Source: Candidatus Nanopusillus sp.
GTDB lineage: Archaea > Nanobdellota > Nanobdellia > Nanobdellales > Nanobdellaceae
Length of the DNA: 32,000 nucleotides
NCBI GenBank assembly: GCA_028276785.1
Contig: JAPYVP010000002.1
Location: 21,399-53,398, forward strand
Reading direction: 5' to 3'
Shown here piece by piece: positions 1-10,290 of the stretch. The translations under genes were made by a program, and so were the position numbers. Every line of letters starts with the position of its first letter. Positions within the stretch are counted from its first letter, which is position 1. A model generated the notes under the pieces. It made no database searches and had not been told where the DNA came from. It was given only the letters and a program-made list of their open reading frames with translations.

Positions 1-951
1 ACAAAAAAAGAACAATGGGAGCAAGAAACAGAGTTTTTAGAAGATAAGAAACACCCATATGATTTTGCATTATGGAAATTTAAAAAAGAAGGTGAACCAT
101 ATTGGAATACGGAAATAGGAGAAGGAAGACCTGGTTGGCATATTGAATGTTCTACAATGTCATCAAAATATCTAGGACCACAATTTGATATACACTCTGG
201 AGGCCAAGATTTAATATTTCCACATCATGAAAATGAAATTGCACAATCGGAGGCTAGATTTAATACACATCCATGGGTAAAATATTGGTTACATTTTGGA
301 TTTATAAAAATTAAAGGAGAAAAAATGAGTAAAAGCTTGGGAAATATAATACCTGCAAAAGAATTTTTAGATAAATATGGAGAAGATATTACAAGATTTT
401 ATATTGGATCTTATCATTATAGAGAACCAATTGATATAAATGAAGAAAGTATAAATCAGACAAAAGAAAATTATAGATATATAAGTTCAACAATTAAAAC
501 AATAGTAAATGAAATTAATAGTTTAGACAGAACATTTTATTTAGATGATAATAAAATAAAAATATGGAAAGAATTATTAAATTATGAAAGAGAATTTATA
601 AACAGTATAAGAGATGATTTTAACACAAGAGAAGCTACTAAAATATTATTAGAAGCAACAAATTATATAAACAAAAATGTTATAGGATCTGAAACATTTA
701 CATTATACTTTACTTCATATAATTTCTACAATATTGCTTCAAGAATCTATGGATTATGGGATGATATATTTTATGGAAAAGAATATAAAGAAAATCTAAC
801 AAATATTTTGCTAAATATAATAATAGATATTAGAAACGAATTAAGGAAAAATAAAAATTATGAATTATCTGATAAAATAAGGGAAGAACTTAGAAAGATT
901 GGTATAGACTTATTAGATCAGGGAAATAAAACAATATACAGATTTATATAA
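1..951 (+). CDS. cysS: Cysteinyl-tRNA synthetase, 5'-partial (runs off the left window edge)
   Basis: Frame 1 is open from nt 1 (TKKEQWEQETEFLEDKKHPYDFALWKFKKEGEPYWNTEIGEGRPGWHIECSTM...), upstream of the track's Met at 157. Contains GRPGWHIECS and the class I KMSKS motif (GEKMSKSLGN). Confidence 0.9.
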   Translation, partial: TKKEQWEQETEFLEDKKHPYDFALWKFKKEGEPYWNTEIGEGRPGWHIECSTMSSKYLGPQFDIHSGGQDLIFPHHENEIAQSEARFNTHPWVKYWLHFGFIKIKGEKMSKSLGNIIPAKEFLDKYGEDITRFYIGSYHYREPIDINEESINQTKENYRYISSTIKTIVNEINSLDRTFYLDDNKIKIWKELLNYEREFINSIRDDFNTREATKILLEATNYINKNVIGSETFTLYFTSYNFYNIASRIYGLWDDIFYGKEYKENLTNILLNIIIDIRNELRKNKNYELSDKIREELRKIGIDLLDQGNKTIYRFI

Positions 952-990
952 AAATCATTATTTTTTAACTTTTTTATTAAAAATAAGTGA

Positions 991-2190
991 ATGGATGATA
1001 TAATATATCCTGATTTATCAGTAATAATATTGGGGCATGTTGATCACGGAAAAACAACATTAGCAAAATCTTTGACAGGTAAATGGTTATCAAAACATTC
1101 TGAAGAAATAAAGAGAGGATTAACAATAAAATTGGGATATGCGGATTTTACAATATATAAATGTAATGAACATGGATATTTTACAGAAAAAACATGTCCA
1201 ATATGTAATAAAGAAAATAAACCTATTAGAAAGATATCTATTGTAGATGCACCTGGTCATGAGAGTTTATTAATGGTAATGTTAACAGGTGCTGCAATTG
1301 TTGATGCTGCTATATTAGTTATTGCTGCAAATGAACCGGTTCCTCAACCACAAACATTAGAACATTTGGTAGCATTTAAATATTTGGGAAATAAACCATT
1401 AATAATTGTACAAAATAAAATTGATCTAGTAACAAAAGAAGAAGCTATTAAAAATTATCGAGAAATATTAAATTTATTAGATAAACTAAATATTGATAAA
1501 AATAAAGTAAAAATAATTCCAATATCTGCGATAAATAATGTAAATATAAATTATTTATTAGAAGAATTAGTTAATTTACCAAAACCTGAAAAAGATGAAA
1601 ATTCAGATCCAATATTTTTAATATCCAGATCTTTTGATGTAAATAAACCAGGTACGGATATAGAAAAATTGGTTGGAGGGGTTTTGGGAGGAAGTTTACT
1701 GAAAGGTAAGTTAAAATTAAATGATGAAATAGAAATAAAGCCCGGATTATTTATAAATAATAAATGGATTCCTATAAAGACAAGAATAGTCTCATTAAAA
1801 CAAGGTAATTATGATGTAGAAGAAATTTTACCAAGAGGAACTGCTGGAATTGGAACAACTTTAGATCCTTCAGTTACAAAGGATGATACATTAGCGGGTC
1901 AAATTGCTGGATATGTAAATAAATTACCTCCACAATATGATGAAATAAAAGTAAAATATGATGTAATAAAAGAATTGTTTAATGAAAATGAGAAAATTCA
2001 AAAGGGAGAAACAATAATAGTAGGGATATATAATATAATTTCTGATGGAATTGTAAAAAACATAGAAAAAGAAAACATAATTACTATAAAATTAAATAAA
2101 CCTATTCTAGGATACAAAGATGATAAAGTAATAATATTAAAAAATATTAACAAGAGATGGAAAATATTTGCAATTGGTAAATTATTATGA
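991..2190 (+). CDS. eif2g: Translation initiation factor aIF2 gamma subunit
   Basis: GTPase motifs GHVDHGKTT (G1), DAPGH (G3) and NKID (G4). Has the Cys knuckle insert (KCNEHGYFTEKTCPICN) and EF-Tu-like domains II/III. At 399 aa it is typical aIF2-gamma length. Confidence 0.92.
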   Translation: MDDIIYPDLSVIILGHVDHGKTTLAKSLTGKWLSKHSEEIKRGLTIKLGYADFTIYKCNEHGYFTEKTCPICNKENKPIRKISIVDAPGHESLLMVMLTGAAIVDAAILVIAANEPVPQPQTLEHLVAFKYLGNKPLIIVQNKIDLVTKEEAIKNYREILNLLDKLNIDKNKVKIIPISAINNVNINYLLEELVNLPKPEKDENSDPIFLISRSFDVNKPGTDIEKLVGGVLGGSLLKGKLKLNDEIEIKPGLFINNKWIPIKTRIVSLKQGNYDVEEILPRGTAGIGTTLDPSVTKDDTLAGQIAGYVNKLPPQYDEIKVKYDVIKELFNENEKIQKGETIIVGIYNIISDGIVKNIEKENIITIKLNKPILGYKDDKVIILKNINKRWKIFAIGKLL

Positions 2191-2594
2191 AGTATAAGAT
2201 ATTAATCGATACAAATATCTTTTTTATCCCATTTTATGATAATTTTGACATAATAAATGAATTAAAAGATTTTCTAATGAAAAATAATATTGAATATGAG
2301 GGGTTTTATACATTAAGAAAAAATATAATTGAAATTGAAAATAAAATAAATAGTTCTAAATCCGAGAAATGGAAAAAAATATATGGTTTAGTATTAGAAT
2401 ACATAAAAAAGAATAATATAAATATTATAGAAACTAATGAAAATTATGAAAAAACAGATAGACTTATAATAAAGACTGCTTTATCTGATAAATTTATTGT
2501 ATGTACTCTAGATAGAAATTTAAGGATAATATTAAAGAAACTACATATACCAGTAATTTTTTATTCAAATAAGAAATTACATATAATATGGTAA
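2187..2594 (+). CDS. PIN-domain protein, Fcf1/Utp24-like putative rRNA-processing nuclease
   Basis: N-terminal ILIDTNIFF and C-terminal VCTLDRNLR acidic PIN motifs. ATGA overlap with the aIF2-gamma stop. A PIN gene directly downstream of aIF2-gamma is a conserved archaeal arrangement (recalled, not checked). Confidence 0.6.
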   Translation: MKYKILIDTNIFFIPFYDNFDIINELKDFLMKNNIEYEGFYTLRKNIIEIENKINSSKSEKWKKIYGLVLEYIKKNNINIIETNENYEKTDRLIIKTALSDKFIVCTLDRNLRIILKKLHIPVIFYSNKKLHIIW

Positions 2595-3436
2595 CAAATG
2601 CAGGTCCGGAATTTTATGCTGCTAAAGAAAAATATGAAAATGCCAAAACTCCTGAAGAAAAATTAAAATATTTATATGAAATGCTAAAAACCGCTCCAAA
2701 ACATAAAGGATCCGAACATTTAATTGCATGGATAAATAAAAAAATATCTGAATATGAAAAAATAATTGAAGAAAGTAAATACAAAAAAGGAGGAAAAGGT
2801 ATAAAATTAATAGAGAAATCTGGTGATATTTTAATAAGTATATTAGGAATAGAAAATTCTGGAAAAAGTTATTTTTTAAGGAAATTCACAAATGCAAATG
2901 TTGAAGTGAGTGAAATTCCCTTTTCTACAATAAACCCAGCAATTGGCACCATATTTTATAATTGTGTATATTATCAATTTGTTGAAATTCCATCTACATT
3001 TGAAAGAAAATTTAGATCAATTTTATCTCTATCAGATTATTATATATTAATATTAGACGAAAAAAGAAGTATAAAAGAGCAATTAGAAAAAATAAATAAA
3101 TTTTCTGAAGGAATAATTGAATTTAGTACAATTCCAAATAATAAATATAAAATAATATATAATAAATTTGATGATTTTAAAGATATAAATTTGCAGGAAA
3201 TATTAGAAAATATAATTAAAGATTTAAATTTAATAAGGATAAAACCAATAGATTCGGATCATTGTGTAATATTAAATAAAGATTCTACTATAAAAGATTT
3301 CATTGAAAAGATAAACAAAAAATGGATAGAAAAATTTAGATATGCAAAAATAATTAGAGGGAATAAAATTATAAGGGCTGGATTAAATTATAAATTAGAA
3401 GATAAGGATATTGTTGAACTAAAATTAAAAATATAA
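2588..3436 (+). CDS. DRG/Rbg-family GTP-binding protein with C-terminal TGS domain (short, divergent)
   Basis: N-terminal helical region ending KKGGKG. P-loop GIENSGKS, NKFD (G4), and a TGS-like C-terminus (RGNKIIRAGLNYKLEDKDIVELKL). The G3 position reads EIPS rather than DxxG. Confidence 0.65.
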   Translation: MVTNAGPEFYAAKEKYENAKTPEEKLKYLYEMLKTAPKHKGSEHLIAWINKKISEYEKIIEESKYKKGGKGIKLIEKSGDILISILGIENSGKSYFLRKFTNANVEVSEIPFSTINPAIGTIFYNCVYYQFVEIPSTFERKFRSILSLSDYYILILDEKRSIKEQLEKINKFSEGIIEFSTIPNNKYKIIYNKFDDFKDINLQEILENIIKDLNLIRIKPIDSDHCVILNKDSTIKDFIEKINKKWIEKFRYAKIIRGNKIIRAGLNYKLEDKDIVELKLKI

Positions 3437-3697
3437 TTATTCCTTTTTTTCAAGCTTTTTCCTTAATTCTATTATATCCTTTCTAGTATATTCTATTAAT
3501 ATTGCAATTACAGATAGCCACAATACCGACAACCATGTAAATAAAGCTGCTATAACCATAGCAGCTGAACCTTGCAGTACAACAGGCAATTCTATACTCT
3601 TAAATAATAGGAGATATCCCAATATCATATTAATGAAAAATCCTACCAGCAATATTATCTCTAACAAATTTGGCATTTTGTAATCAAAGCCAACCAT
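3437..3697 (-). CDS. Small membrane protein, unknown function
   Basis: 86-aa ORF filling the gap exactly. Two to three hydrophobic helices followed by a charged C-terminal helix (RKDIIELRKKLEKKE). No recognisable family. Confidence 0.4.
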   Translation of the reverse strand: MVGFDYKMPNLLEIILLVGFFINMILGYLLLFKSIELPVVLQGSAAMVIAALFTWLSVLWLSVIAILIEYTRKDIIELRKKLEKKE

Positions 3698-3733
3698 TAA
3701 TAATTTTTAAATTAAATATTTATATATATTTCT

Positions 3734-4207
3734 ATGAGAAGTTTAGATAAAAAATCAAGAAAAAAATTAATTGAAATATTAAAAAATGATTATAAAATAG
3801 AATGCGAAAAATTAAAAGATGAAAACATTTTTTTAGACGAAGAAAATAATATTTATATATATAATAATATTCCAATAGCATTTATAAAAGATGAAAAAAT
3901 ATATCCAACATTATTTCTAATAAATGATTGTGAAACAAATATGAATTATGTCAAGATAAATATTGGAGCAAAAGAAAAAGTATTAAATGGTGCTGATGTG
4001 TTTAGACCGGGAATAATTGAATTTTCAGATTTTAAAAAAGATGAAATAATACTCATAATATCTGAAGATAATAAATTATTAGCAATTGGAAAAGCATTAT
4101 ATGATAGTAATGACGCTATTAAAATGGAAAAAGGAAAAATAGTTGAAAACATACATTATTATGGGGATAAAATAACGAAATATTATTTAAATAAAATTAA
4201 AAATTGA
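3734..4207 (+). CDS. PUA-domain RNA-binding protein (Tma20/MCT-1-like)
   Basis: C-terminal PUA signature: GAKEKVLNGADVFRPGIIEFSDFKKDEIILIISEDNKLLAIGKALYDSND...KGKIVENIHYYGDKI. Confidence 0.6.
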   Translation: MRSLDKKSRKKLIEILKNDYKIECEKLKDENIFLDEENNIYIYNNIPIAFIKDEKIYPTLFLINDCETNMNYVKINIGAKEKVLNGADVFRPGIIEFSDFKKDEIILIISEDNKLLAIGKALYDSNDAIKMEKGKIVENIHYYGDKITKYYLNKIKN

Positions 4208-5332
4208 TTTCTGATTTAATAAATTACTATGCTTTCTTAGTTTATATACTGAAATATTGTATCTATTAATAAATTTATTATTTAGATATCTAATTAGTTC
4301 ATTATAATTATCAAATTTTTCTATTAAATTGTTTAACATATACTTAGTTCCTTCCCTAACAACCCAAACACCCAAGGGAACTTTATATTCCTTTGTTACA
4401 AATCTAAATACAACTAAATTACCAATCATTTTATAATTTCTCATAAATTCTGCAAAAGATAATTTTAAGGCACTATAACCTCCAGATTCGTCATCTCTAC
4501 CAATTATACTATATTTGGAATGTAAATTATATACAGAACCTGGTATTAATGCTTCAATTAATTCACAATTTCCATTACCTGGAAAAAATACTCCATAAAA
4601 ATCATTTCCATATAGAGAATAATAAAATAAATAATATTTGTCATTAATTTTAGAATACTCTATTATTTCTTTCTTTATTTTTTTCTCTAAAATTTCATGA
4701 ACTGCAGTTATTGCCCATCTACTTGGAACCAGTTTTCTATTTATCTTATATCCAAAAAAGCCCATTGAAAATAATCTTGATAAATAATAATCAGACATTC
4801 CAGATTTATATAGATAATATATAGAATCTTCTGCCTTCATCTCATCTACTTTATATATTTCATTTGGTATTTTTGGATTTTCATTTATCTTTATTTTATC
4901 TATTATTCCAGAATATCCATATAAGCCTATTATTTTTGAAATTTTTATATTCTCGCTTATTTTATTTAAACGTATTTCTATATTTATGGATTTAACTGAT
5001 AACATCGAATCCAAAATTTCATTATACAATTTATCATTTTTTCTAGGTAAATTTGCATCTACAATTTTCCTTGCATTTATTAAATTTATCCTACTCTTTA
5101 TAATTTCTTCAATATCAATATTGTTTTTTGCCCAATGTATTGGATTATCATATAATTCTATATCCTCATTATAAGATGTTAATACCCCCAAAGATAATTT
5201 AGGATAATTAATCGAACTAATTAAATTTGATGGGGGAGTATACCCATTTATATCCTTTTTTAATATAATAGATTTCCCATATAATTTTTTGTACCTTTCT
5301 GCAAGCTTTTTTGCATTTATAACATCTATCAT
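4187..5332 (-). CDS. Nre-family (NreA-like) DNA repair protein, lacking the usual N-terminal Cys cluster
   Basis: PPSNLISSINYPKLSLG and VPSRWAITAVH resemble the conserved PPSvFVGrxgYPkV and PtRWsITAvD blocks of archaeal Nre as I recall them. The length (381 aa) fits. Confidence 0.5.
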   Translation of the reverse strand: MIDVINAKKLAERYKKLYGKSIILKKDINGYTPPSNLISSINYPKLSLGVLTSYNEDIELYDNPIHWAKNNIDIEEIIKSRINLINARKIVDANLPRKNDKLYNEILDSMLSVKSINIEIRLNKISENIKISKIIGLYGYSGIIDKIKINENPKIPNEIYKVDEMKAEDSIYYLYKSGMSDYYLSRLFSMGFFGYKINRKLVPSRWAITAVHEILEKKIKKEIIEYSKINDKYYLFYYSLYGNDFYGVFFPGNGNCELIEALIPGSVYNLHSKYSIIGRDDESGGYSALKLSFAEFMRNYKMIGNLVVFRFVTKEYKVPLGVWVVREGTKYMLNNLIEKFDNYNELIRYLNNKFINRYNISVYKLRKHSNLLNQKSIFNFI

Positions 5333-5369
5333 TATAGATTTTTATTCATTTTTTAAATTATAAATTTTG

Positions 5370-6047
5370 ATGGATATAATATATATACCAACAAAATATA
5401 AATTGAAAGAAATTAAAAATTTAGATGAATTAAAAAAATACTTACCAAAAAAATTTGCTTTAATATCTTTAATACAATATTACGAATATACTAAAAAAAT
5501 ATACGAAATACTAAAAAAAGATTATGAAATAATATTAAACGAAAAACTATATGGAATAAATGTTCTAGGATGTTATTCAGAACCTGCAAATATAAAAGAT
5601 GTTGATACAGTATTATTAATTGGAAATGGAAAATTTCATGCAGAAAATATTACAAGAAAGTTAAAGAAAAAGGTAATTGTTTATGATCCTATATACGGAG
5701 AAATAAATATATATGAACCAGATTATAACTTCGATAGAATTTTAAAATTTTTATTAAACAAATTAAAAAATTCAAATAATATTGGAATAATATTATCTAT
5801 AAAGCCCGGACAATATTATTATTTAGAAGCATTAAAGGTTAAAGATAAATTGGAAAAGGCTGGAAAAAATGTATACTTGTTTATTGGCGATACAATAGAT
5901 ATTTTGCAATTATTAAATTTTCCATATATAGACTTTTGGATTTTTTCTGCATGTCCTAGATTGATCGATGATATAATAAATAATAATATAAATGGAATAA
6001 CAATTGATATTCTAATAAAAAATTTAGATAAGATAATTAATATTTAA
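5370..6047 (+). CDS. dph2: Dph2-like diphthamide synthesis radical-SAM enzyme, N-terminally short (domains 2-3 only)
   Basis: LGCYSEPANIKDVDTVLLIGNGKFHAENI...KKVIVYDP, NIGIILSIKPGQ and FSACPRL align by eye with the middle and C-terminal parts of Pyrococcus Dph2. I take the ATG at 5370 rather than the track's TTG at 5367. Confidence 0.6.
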   Translation: MDIIYIPTKYKLKEIKNLDELKKYLPKKFALISLIQYYEYTKKIYEILKKDYEIILNEKLYGINVLGCYSEPANIKDVDTVLLIGNGKFHAENITRKLKKKVIVYDPIYGEINIYEPDYNFDRILKFLLNKLKNSNNIGIILSIKPGQYYYLEALKVKDKLEKAGKNVYLFIGDTIDILQLLNFPYIDFWIFSACPRLIDDIINNNINGITIDILIKNLDKIINI

Positions 6048-8033
6048 TATTCCGTGTACAAACATATATAATGCTATTGTAGATATTGTAGAAAATATAA
6101 AGAACATTAATATGTTTATTATATAATATTTATATAAATAATAGTAAAATCCCAATTTATCACCACTATTTTCTATACTATTAATTGCGTATATAATTAC
6201 AAAAGCAATTGCTGCATTAAATATTCCAATTATTATTATCATTGAAGATGGAGATATAAGAGAATTTAAGTTAAATATATTAAATATAATATTTGGTAAT
6301 GAATTTATATATTGATAAACATTAGAATCTGGTGATGTTAAATTCGATACTTGACTAAATTGAAAAGACAATCTATGTAAAATTTCTATAACCATCACAC
6401 CAACCGCACTTACTATTCCCAAAATAATTGGGGCTAAAATCCTCAATAAAGACTTTAGTTGAGATAGATCCTCTGCTACAAGGTCTTTAATTCTCTCTTT
6501 TACTTTTGATATTAATAAAAAATATTTTGCAATTATACCTGTTATAACAGAAGCTTCTGTAGGAGACTGGCTACTAGCTTCATATAGCAATTCCATTGTA
6601 GATCTTAATTTTGATGATGGGATTTTAGATAAAGCTCCATATCTAATATCGAATATTGAATCATAAAATGATAAGCCCATCCTTAAATTTTGGTATATTT
6701 TTGATATAAAATCTCCTATTGGGCCGCCTTTATATTTAGAATAAACATGTATCATCGCCTTTTCAAGTGGATAACCCTCATTTAATGCTGAACTCAGAGA
6801 TAATAAAAATGGTGGTAAATCCATCTCTATTTTTTCTAAACTTTTATATAAATCTTTATAATGGGAATAATATGTAAAAGCCATTAATGAAATTGATAAA
6901 CCCATTAAAAGTACAAAAAATTCAGATAATAATACTCCCAAAACATCAAATTTATATAAATACTGATATATTACAAAAAAGATTATAAAAAATAGTAATA
7001 TACCTACTGAAAATCCACTTGCTATCGATATTAATTTATTAGTTAAATCTTTTCTTTTTAAATAGTAGAATAAATATATATCGTCCTCTGAAAAAATACT
7101 AATCATTCTTGAAGAAATTGCATAGTTAATTGAAAAAAATGCTATAAATGGTATCAAAATATCAAATAATATAAATAAAACGAAAGGACTAAATATATTT
7201 CCTAAGAATATTGATGCAAGAGGAAATATTGTTAATAACATAACGGGTAAAGTTATACCCAACATAGATACTAGATTTATTGTAGATCTTATTTCTCTAG
7301 AAAATTCATATAGTTCATTTACTAATTCCTCTAAGGCTTCTTCTATAGATTTATCTATTTGGAAATTCCTCCTATCTTTATCCGGATCGTATAAAGCACT
7401 TAAAATGAGCATAACGCCAATATAGAAGAATTTTGCATTTTTTTCCCAAGATCTTGAATATTCTATTAAAGCTTCTGATGCTGAAATATATTTTCTATTA
7501 TAAACATCCCTTAGCAATCTTAATAAATCTAATTTCAATGGTAAATTAATATTTTTTGCGGCAAATAATATGGCTTGTTCCACATTTGGATTTTGTCTTA
7601 ATTTAATAGCTAATAATAATAATAAACTTATTAATTGAGATTTTTTCCTTGTATTTAGATTATTATACAAAATAATATAATAGTAATCTATTAATATGTA
7701 AAATAATACACCAAGAGAAGCAAATAATAAGAAATATAAGGGGGATATTATTATTGATGGAATTATTCCTATAAAAATGAACAGTATTAGAAGGAATATT
7801 GATGATGATTCTATTTGATCAATATTTACATCTAGAAGGAGTTCTTCATTTATTTTTTCAAAATTTCTTCTTTTATTTTCATTTACTTTGATCTTTATTA
7901 TATTTCCAAACGTCTTAACAATTTCCTCATAATACTTTAATTTATTGCCAAAATATATATATTTATATAATCTTAATTTACTTTCTAAATTTTGAATATC
8001 TAATCTATTTAACTTAACTTCTGGTATATCCAT
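6024..8033 (-). CDS. FlaJ/TadC-like polytopic membrane platform protein (T2SS-F family), divergent
   Basis: 669 aa with alternating cytoplasmic helical modules and TM bundles, in two T2SSF-like repeats (e.g. LSSALNEGYPLEKAMIHV). Overlaps the upstream FlaI-like ATPase stop by 25 nt, so they are probably an operon. Confidence 0.65.
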   Translation of the reverse strand: MDIPEVKLNRLDIQNLESKLRLYKYIYFGNKLKYYEEIVKTFGNIIKIKVNENKRRNFEKINEELLLDVNIDQIESSSIFLLILFIFIGIIPSIIISPLYFLLFASLGVLFYILIDYYYIILYNNLNTRKKSQLISLLLLLAIKLRQNPNVEQAILFAAKNINLPLKLDLLRLLRDVYNRKYISASEALIEYSRSWEKNAKFFYIGVMLILSALYDPDKDRRNFQIDKSIEEALEELVNELYEFSREIRSTINLVSMLGITLPVMLLTIFPLASIFLGNIFSPFVLFILFDILIPFIAFFSINYAISSRMISIFSEDDIYLFYYLKRKDLTNKLISIASGFSVGILLFFIIFFVIYQYLYKFDVLGVLLSEFFVLLMGLSISLMAFTYYSHYKDLYKSLEKIEMDLPPFLLSLSSALNEGYPLEKAMIHVYSKYKGGPIGDFISKIYQNLRMGLSFYDSIFDIRYGALSKIPSSKLRSTMELLYEASSQSPTEASVITGIIAKYFLLISKVKERIKDLVAEDLSQLKSLLRILAPIILGIVSAVGVMVIEILHRLSFQFSQVSNLTSPDSNVYQYINSLPNIIFNIFNLNSLISPSSMIIIIGIFNAAIAFVIIYAINSIENSGDKLGFYYYLYKYYIINILMFFIFSTISTIALYMFVHGILNINYLI

Positions 8034-10252
8034 TTCTTCATATTATCTAATATATAATCTTTCACAATTTCATTGTATTCCTTAATACTTTTATCTACAT
8101 ATTGATAAAATATTTCATTATATGCAGAAACAAAATCTGCTTCCAAAATATCTTTCCTATTTTTTTCTCTTGCTATATCTACTAACAATTTTTTTGACAA
8201 ACCTATTGTCTCTATCATATTCCATACTCTTTCCCAAGATTTTGACAAATATCTTATCCTAGATGCAACAGCCTTCAATATATCAGAATCTCCATTTATT
8301 AATTCTAAAGTTGGCTCTAAATTATCCTTTTCAGCATCATAAATCATTAAATCAACAAAACCCCTTTCTCTTAATGGGTCTTGATCCCAAAACTTTCTTA
8401 CTTCTGTTATCCTTAATACTCTTCTATATCTTTTTAATCCAGAAGGCTCTCTAATTGGATTTACAATTACTATTATATCTGTAGCTTTGAACGATGTTTT
8501 AGGAACTCCAAGATCATTTACGACCCTATCAAATACACCATAGGGACTTTCTGCATGTAAAGTACCCATTACTGCGTTTGCTAAAGCACCAACTCTCATA
8601 GCTTCATACAACGTTAAAGCTTCCTTAGATCTAACCTCTCCAACAATTATAGCACTGTCCCCCATTCTTAAAGATACTCTTAAACCTTCTTCGGCAGACA
8701 ATTCTGCAGATTTTAATGAAAATGGGCTCCTGACTTTCATAGGAACTATGTTATACCCTATTGACCTGAAATATTCTGCTGGTATTTCTAAAGTATCCTC
8801 TACAGTTATTATCCTAACTTTCTTGGGTATTTCCAACATTAAGGCTGTTAATAATGATGTTTTACCACTCCCCCTTGTACCAGCAATAAGAATTGTCCTT
8901 CCATTTGCAACTAAAAAGGACAATAAACCTGCAGCTTGATAATTTAACATTTTATTATCTATAAACAAAGGTAAAGTCCATGGTTTACTTCTATGTCTTC
9001 TAATTATATACGCCAATCCAAATGGAGATAATGGGGGTGATAATGCTGCAACTCTTAACAATATATTATTTCCAATTACTAGATCTGTATCCAAAACTGG
9101 ATTTGCTTCATCAAAAGGTCTTCCAGATATTAATCTTAATTTTGTAGCCCAAGATTCTACTTCCCTTCTAGTTGGAGTTACATTTGTAACACACATTTCA
9201 TACTTAGAATGCTGTAAATATATTGGAGTTATGCCTGCTGGTGGATTTATAAAAAGATCCTCTAAATTTTCATCTAATACTATTTTTTCTATTATTCCAA
9301 AACCAATTGTATATCTAATAATTATACTCTTAATCAATTCTAATCTATTTTTATCTATACTTATATTATATATGGACATTAATTTTGTTATTATATTATT
9401 TAATATATTATTGTATATTTCTCTTAATCTTTCTACATCCAAATAATCTTCCTTTCTAGGTTCATATTCTTGTAAAATTTCTATTGCTTTATGGGATAAA
9501 AATGTTTCTTCAGAGAATATTTTATATTCTTCTGGGAATATGTAATATCTAAAAACTGTTTCTTCAGGGTTCTTTAATATAAAAACTTCTGTATTTTTAT
9601 CCAATCTATAAGAATCTACGATATTATAACTTTCTGAGATTTTATTTATATATTTTGTATCTATAAATTTTGGTTTTATATCACCTAACAATAGTCTTCT
9701 ATATATTTCTCTATTTCCAATTTGGTATCCAACCAAAAATGGTTTAATATACTTATAGAAAGGTAATGATTCAAATTTTATTAAAAAGTTGTCTATTAAT
9801 GATATTAAATTTGATATTTGGTTTTCTAAATTCTTATTATTCTTTAATAAAGACATCAATTTTCTTTTCATTCTTCTTATAAATACATATGTACCAATTG
9901 GGTCTTTCAAATAACCCCTATCTAAATAATCTATTATAGTTTTTATTTCTGAATATAATGGATTACTGGTTAATAAATATCTATAATATTCTGATATATT
10001 ACTTTTAATAGAAAGATATACATCGAGAAAGCTTTTCAATACTTTTATGCTATCTTCATAATACTCTATATTCTCATCTTGCTCAATTATTATTGTATTT
10101 ACAAATGGATCTATAGATAATATATTTAATATATATTCCATTATATTCGGATCATCTTCAATTGTTGCAATATTATTATAATTTTTAGCATTTACATATA
10201 ATACTCTTTCTTTCCCATTCATTTTAACTTCATACTGTAAATTATTTAACAT
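8009..10252 (-). CDS. FlaI/VirB11/GspE-family secretion ATPase (archaeal type IV pilus/archaellum-type) with long N- and C-terminal extensions
   Basis: Walker A ILIAGTRGSGKTSLL, Walker B/Asp box SAIIVGEVRSKEA, and a His box region GTLHAESP. Also RIITVEDTLEI, plus the N-terminal GFGIIEKIVLDENLEDLFIN block typical of FlaI-like proteins. Confidence 0.88.
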   Translation of the reverse strand: MLNNLQYEVKMNGKERVLYVNAKNYNNIATIEDDPNIMEYILNILSIDPFVNTIIIEQDENIEYYEDSIKVLKSFLDVYLSIKSNISEYYRYLLTSNPLYSEIKTIIDYLDRGYLKDPIGTYVFIRRMKRKLMSLLKNNKNLENQISNLISLIDNFLIKFESLPFYKYIKPFLVGYQIGNREIYRRLLLGDIKPKFIDTKYINKISESYNIVDSYRLDKNTEVFILKNPEETVFRYYIFPEEYKIFSEETFLSHKAIEILQEYEPRKEDYLDVERLREIYNNILNNIITKLMSIYNISIDKNRLELIKSIIIRYTIGFGIIEKIVLDENLEDLFINPPAGITPIYLQHSKYEMCVTNVTPTRREVESWATKLRLISGRPFDEANPVLDTDLVIGNNILLRVAALSPPLSPFGLAYIIRRHRSKPWTLPLFIDNKMLNYQAAGLLSFLVANGRTILIAGTRGSGKTSLLTALMLEIPKKVRIITVEDTLEIPAEYFRSIGYNIVPMKVRSPFSLKSAELSAEEGLRVSLRMGDSAIIVGEVRSKEALTLYEAMRVGALANAVMGTLHAESPYGVFDRVVNDLGVPKTSFKATDIIVIVNPIREPSGLKRYRRVLRITEVRKFWDQDPLRERGFVDLMIYDAEKDNLEPTLELINGDSDILKAVASRIRYLSKSWERVWNMIETIGLSKKLLVDIAREKNRKDILEADFVSAYNEIFYQYVDKSIKEYNEIVKDYILDNMKKWIYQKLS

Positions 10253-10290
10253 ATAAAGATTAATATGTATTAAAATATAATAGTTTTACT

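Noticed and set aside
993-1013. A GGAUGAU...11 nt...CUGA pattern at the start of the aIF2-gamma CDS, resembling a C'/D half of a C/D sRNA.
   Set aside because: The box is GGAUGA rather than UGAUGA, and there is no partner C/D' pair upstream. The sequence is simply the first codons of a conserved gene.
2187-2594. The PIN-domain gene as a VapC toxin of a toxin-antitoxin pair.
   Set aside because: No small upstream antitoxin ORF exists. The gene is translationally coupled to aIF2-gamma and followed by a DRG GTPase. The sequence looks like the Fcf1/Utp24-type housekeeping PIN.
5367-5369. TTG start codons used by the ORF track at 5367 (Dph2-like), 30324 (GapN) and 27064 (small orphan).
   Set aside because: At 5367 and 30324 an ATG follows immediately. 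At 27064 an ATG lies 19 codons downstream (27007) and leaves room for a promoter. The ATG starts are more parsimonious.
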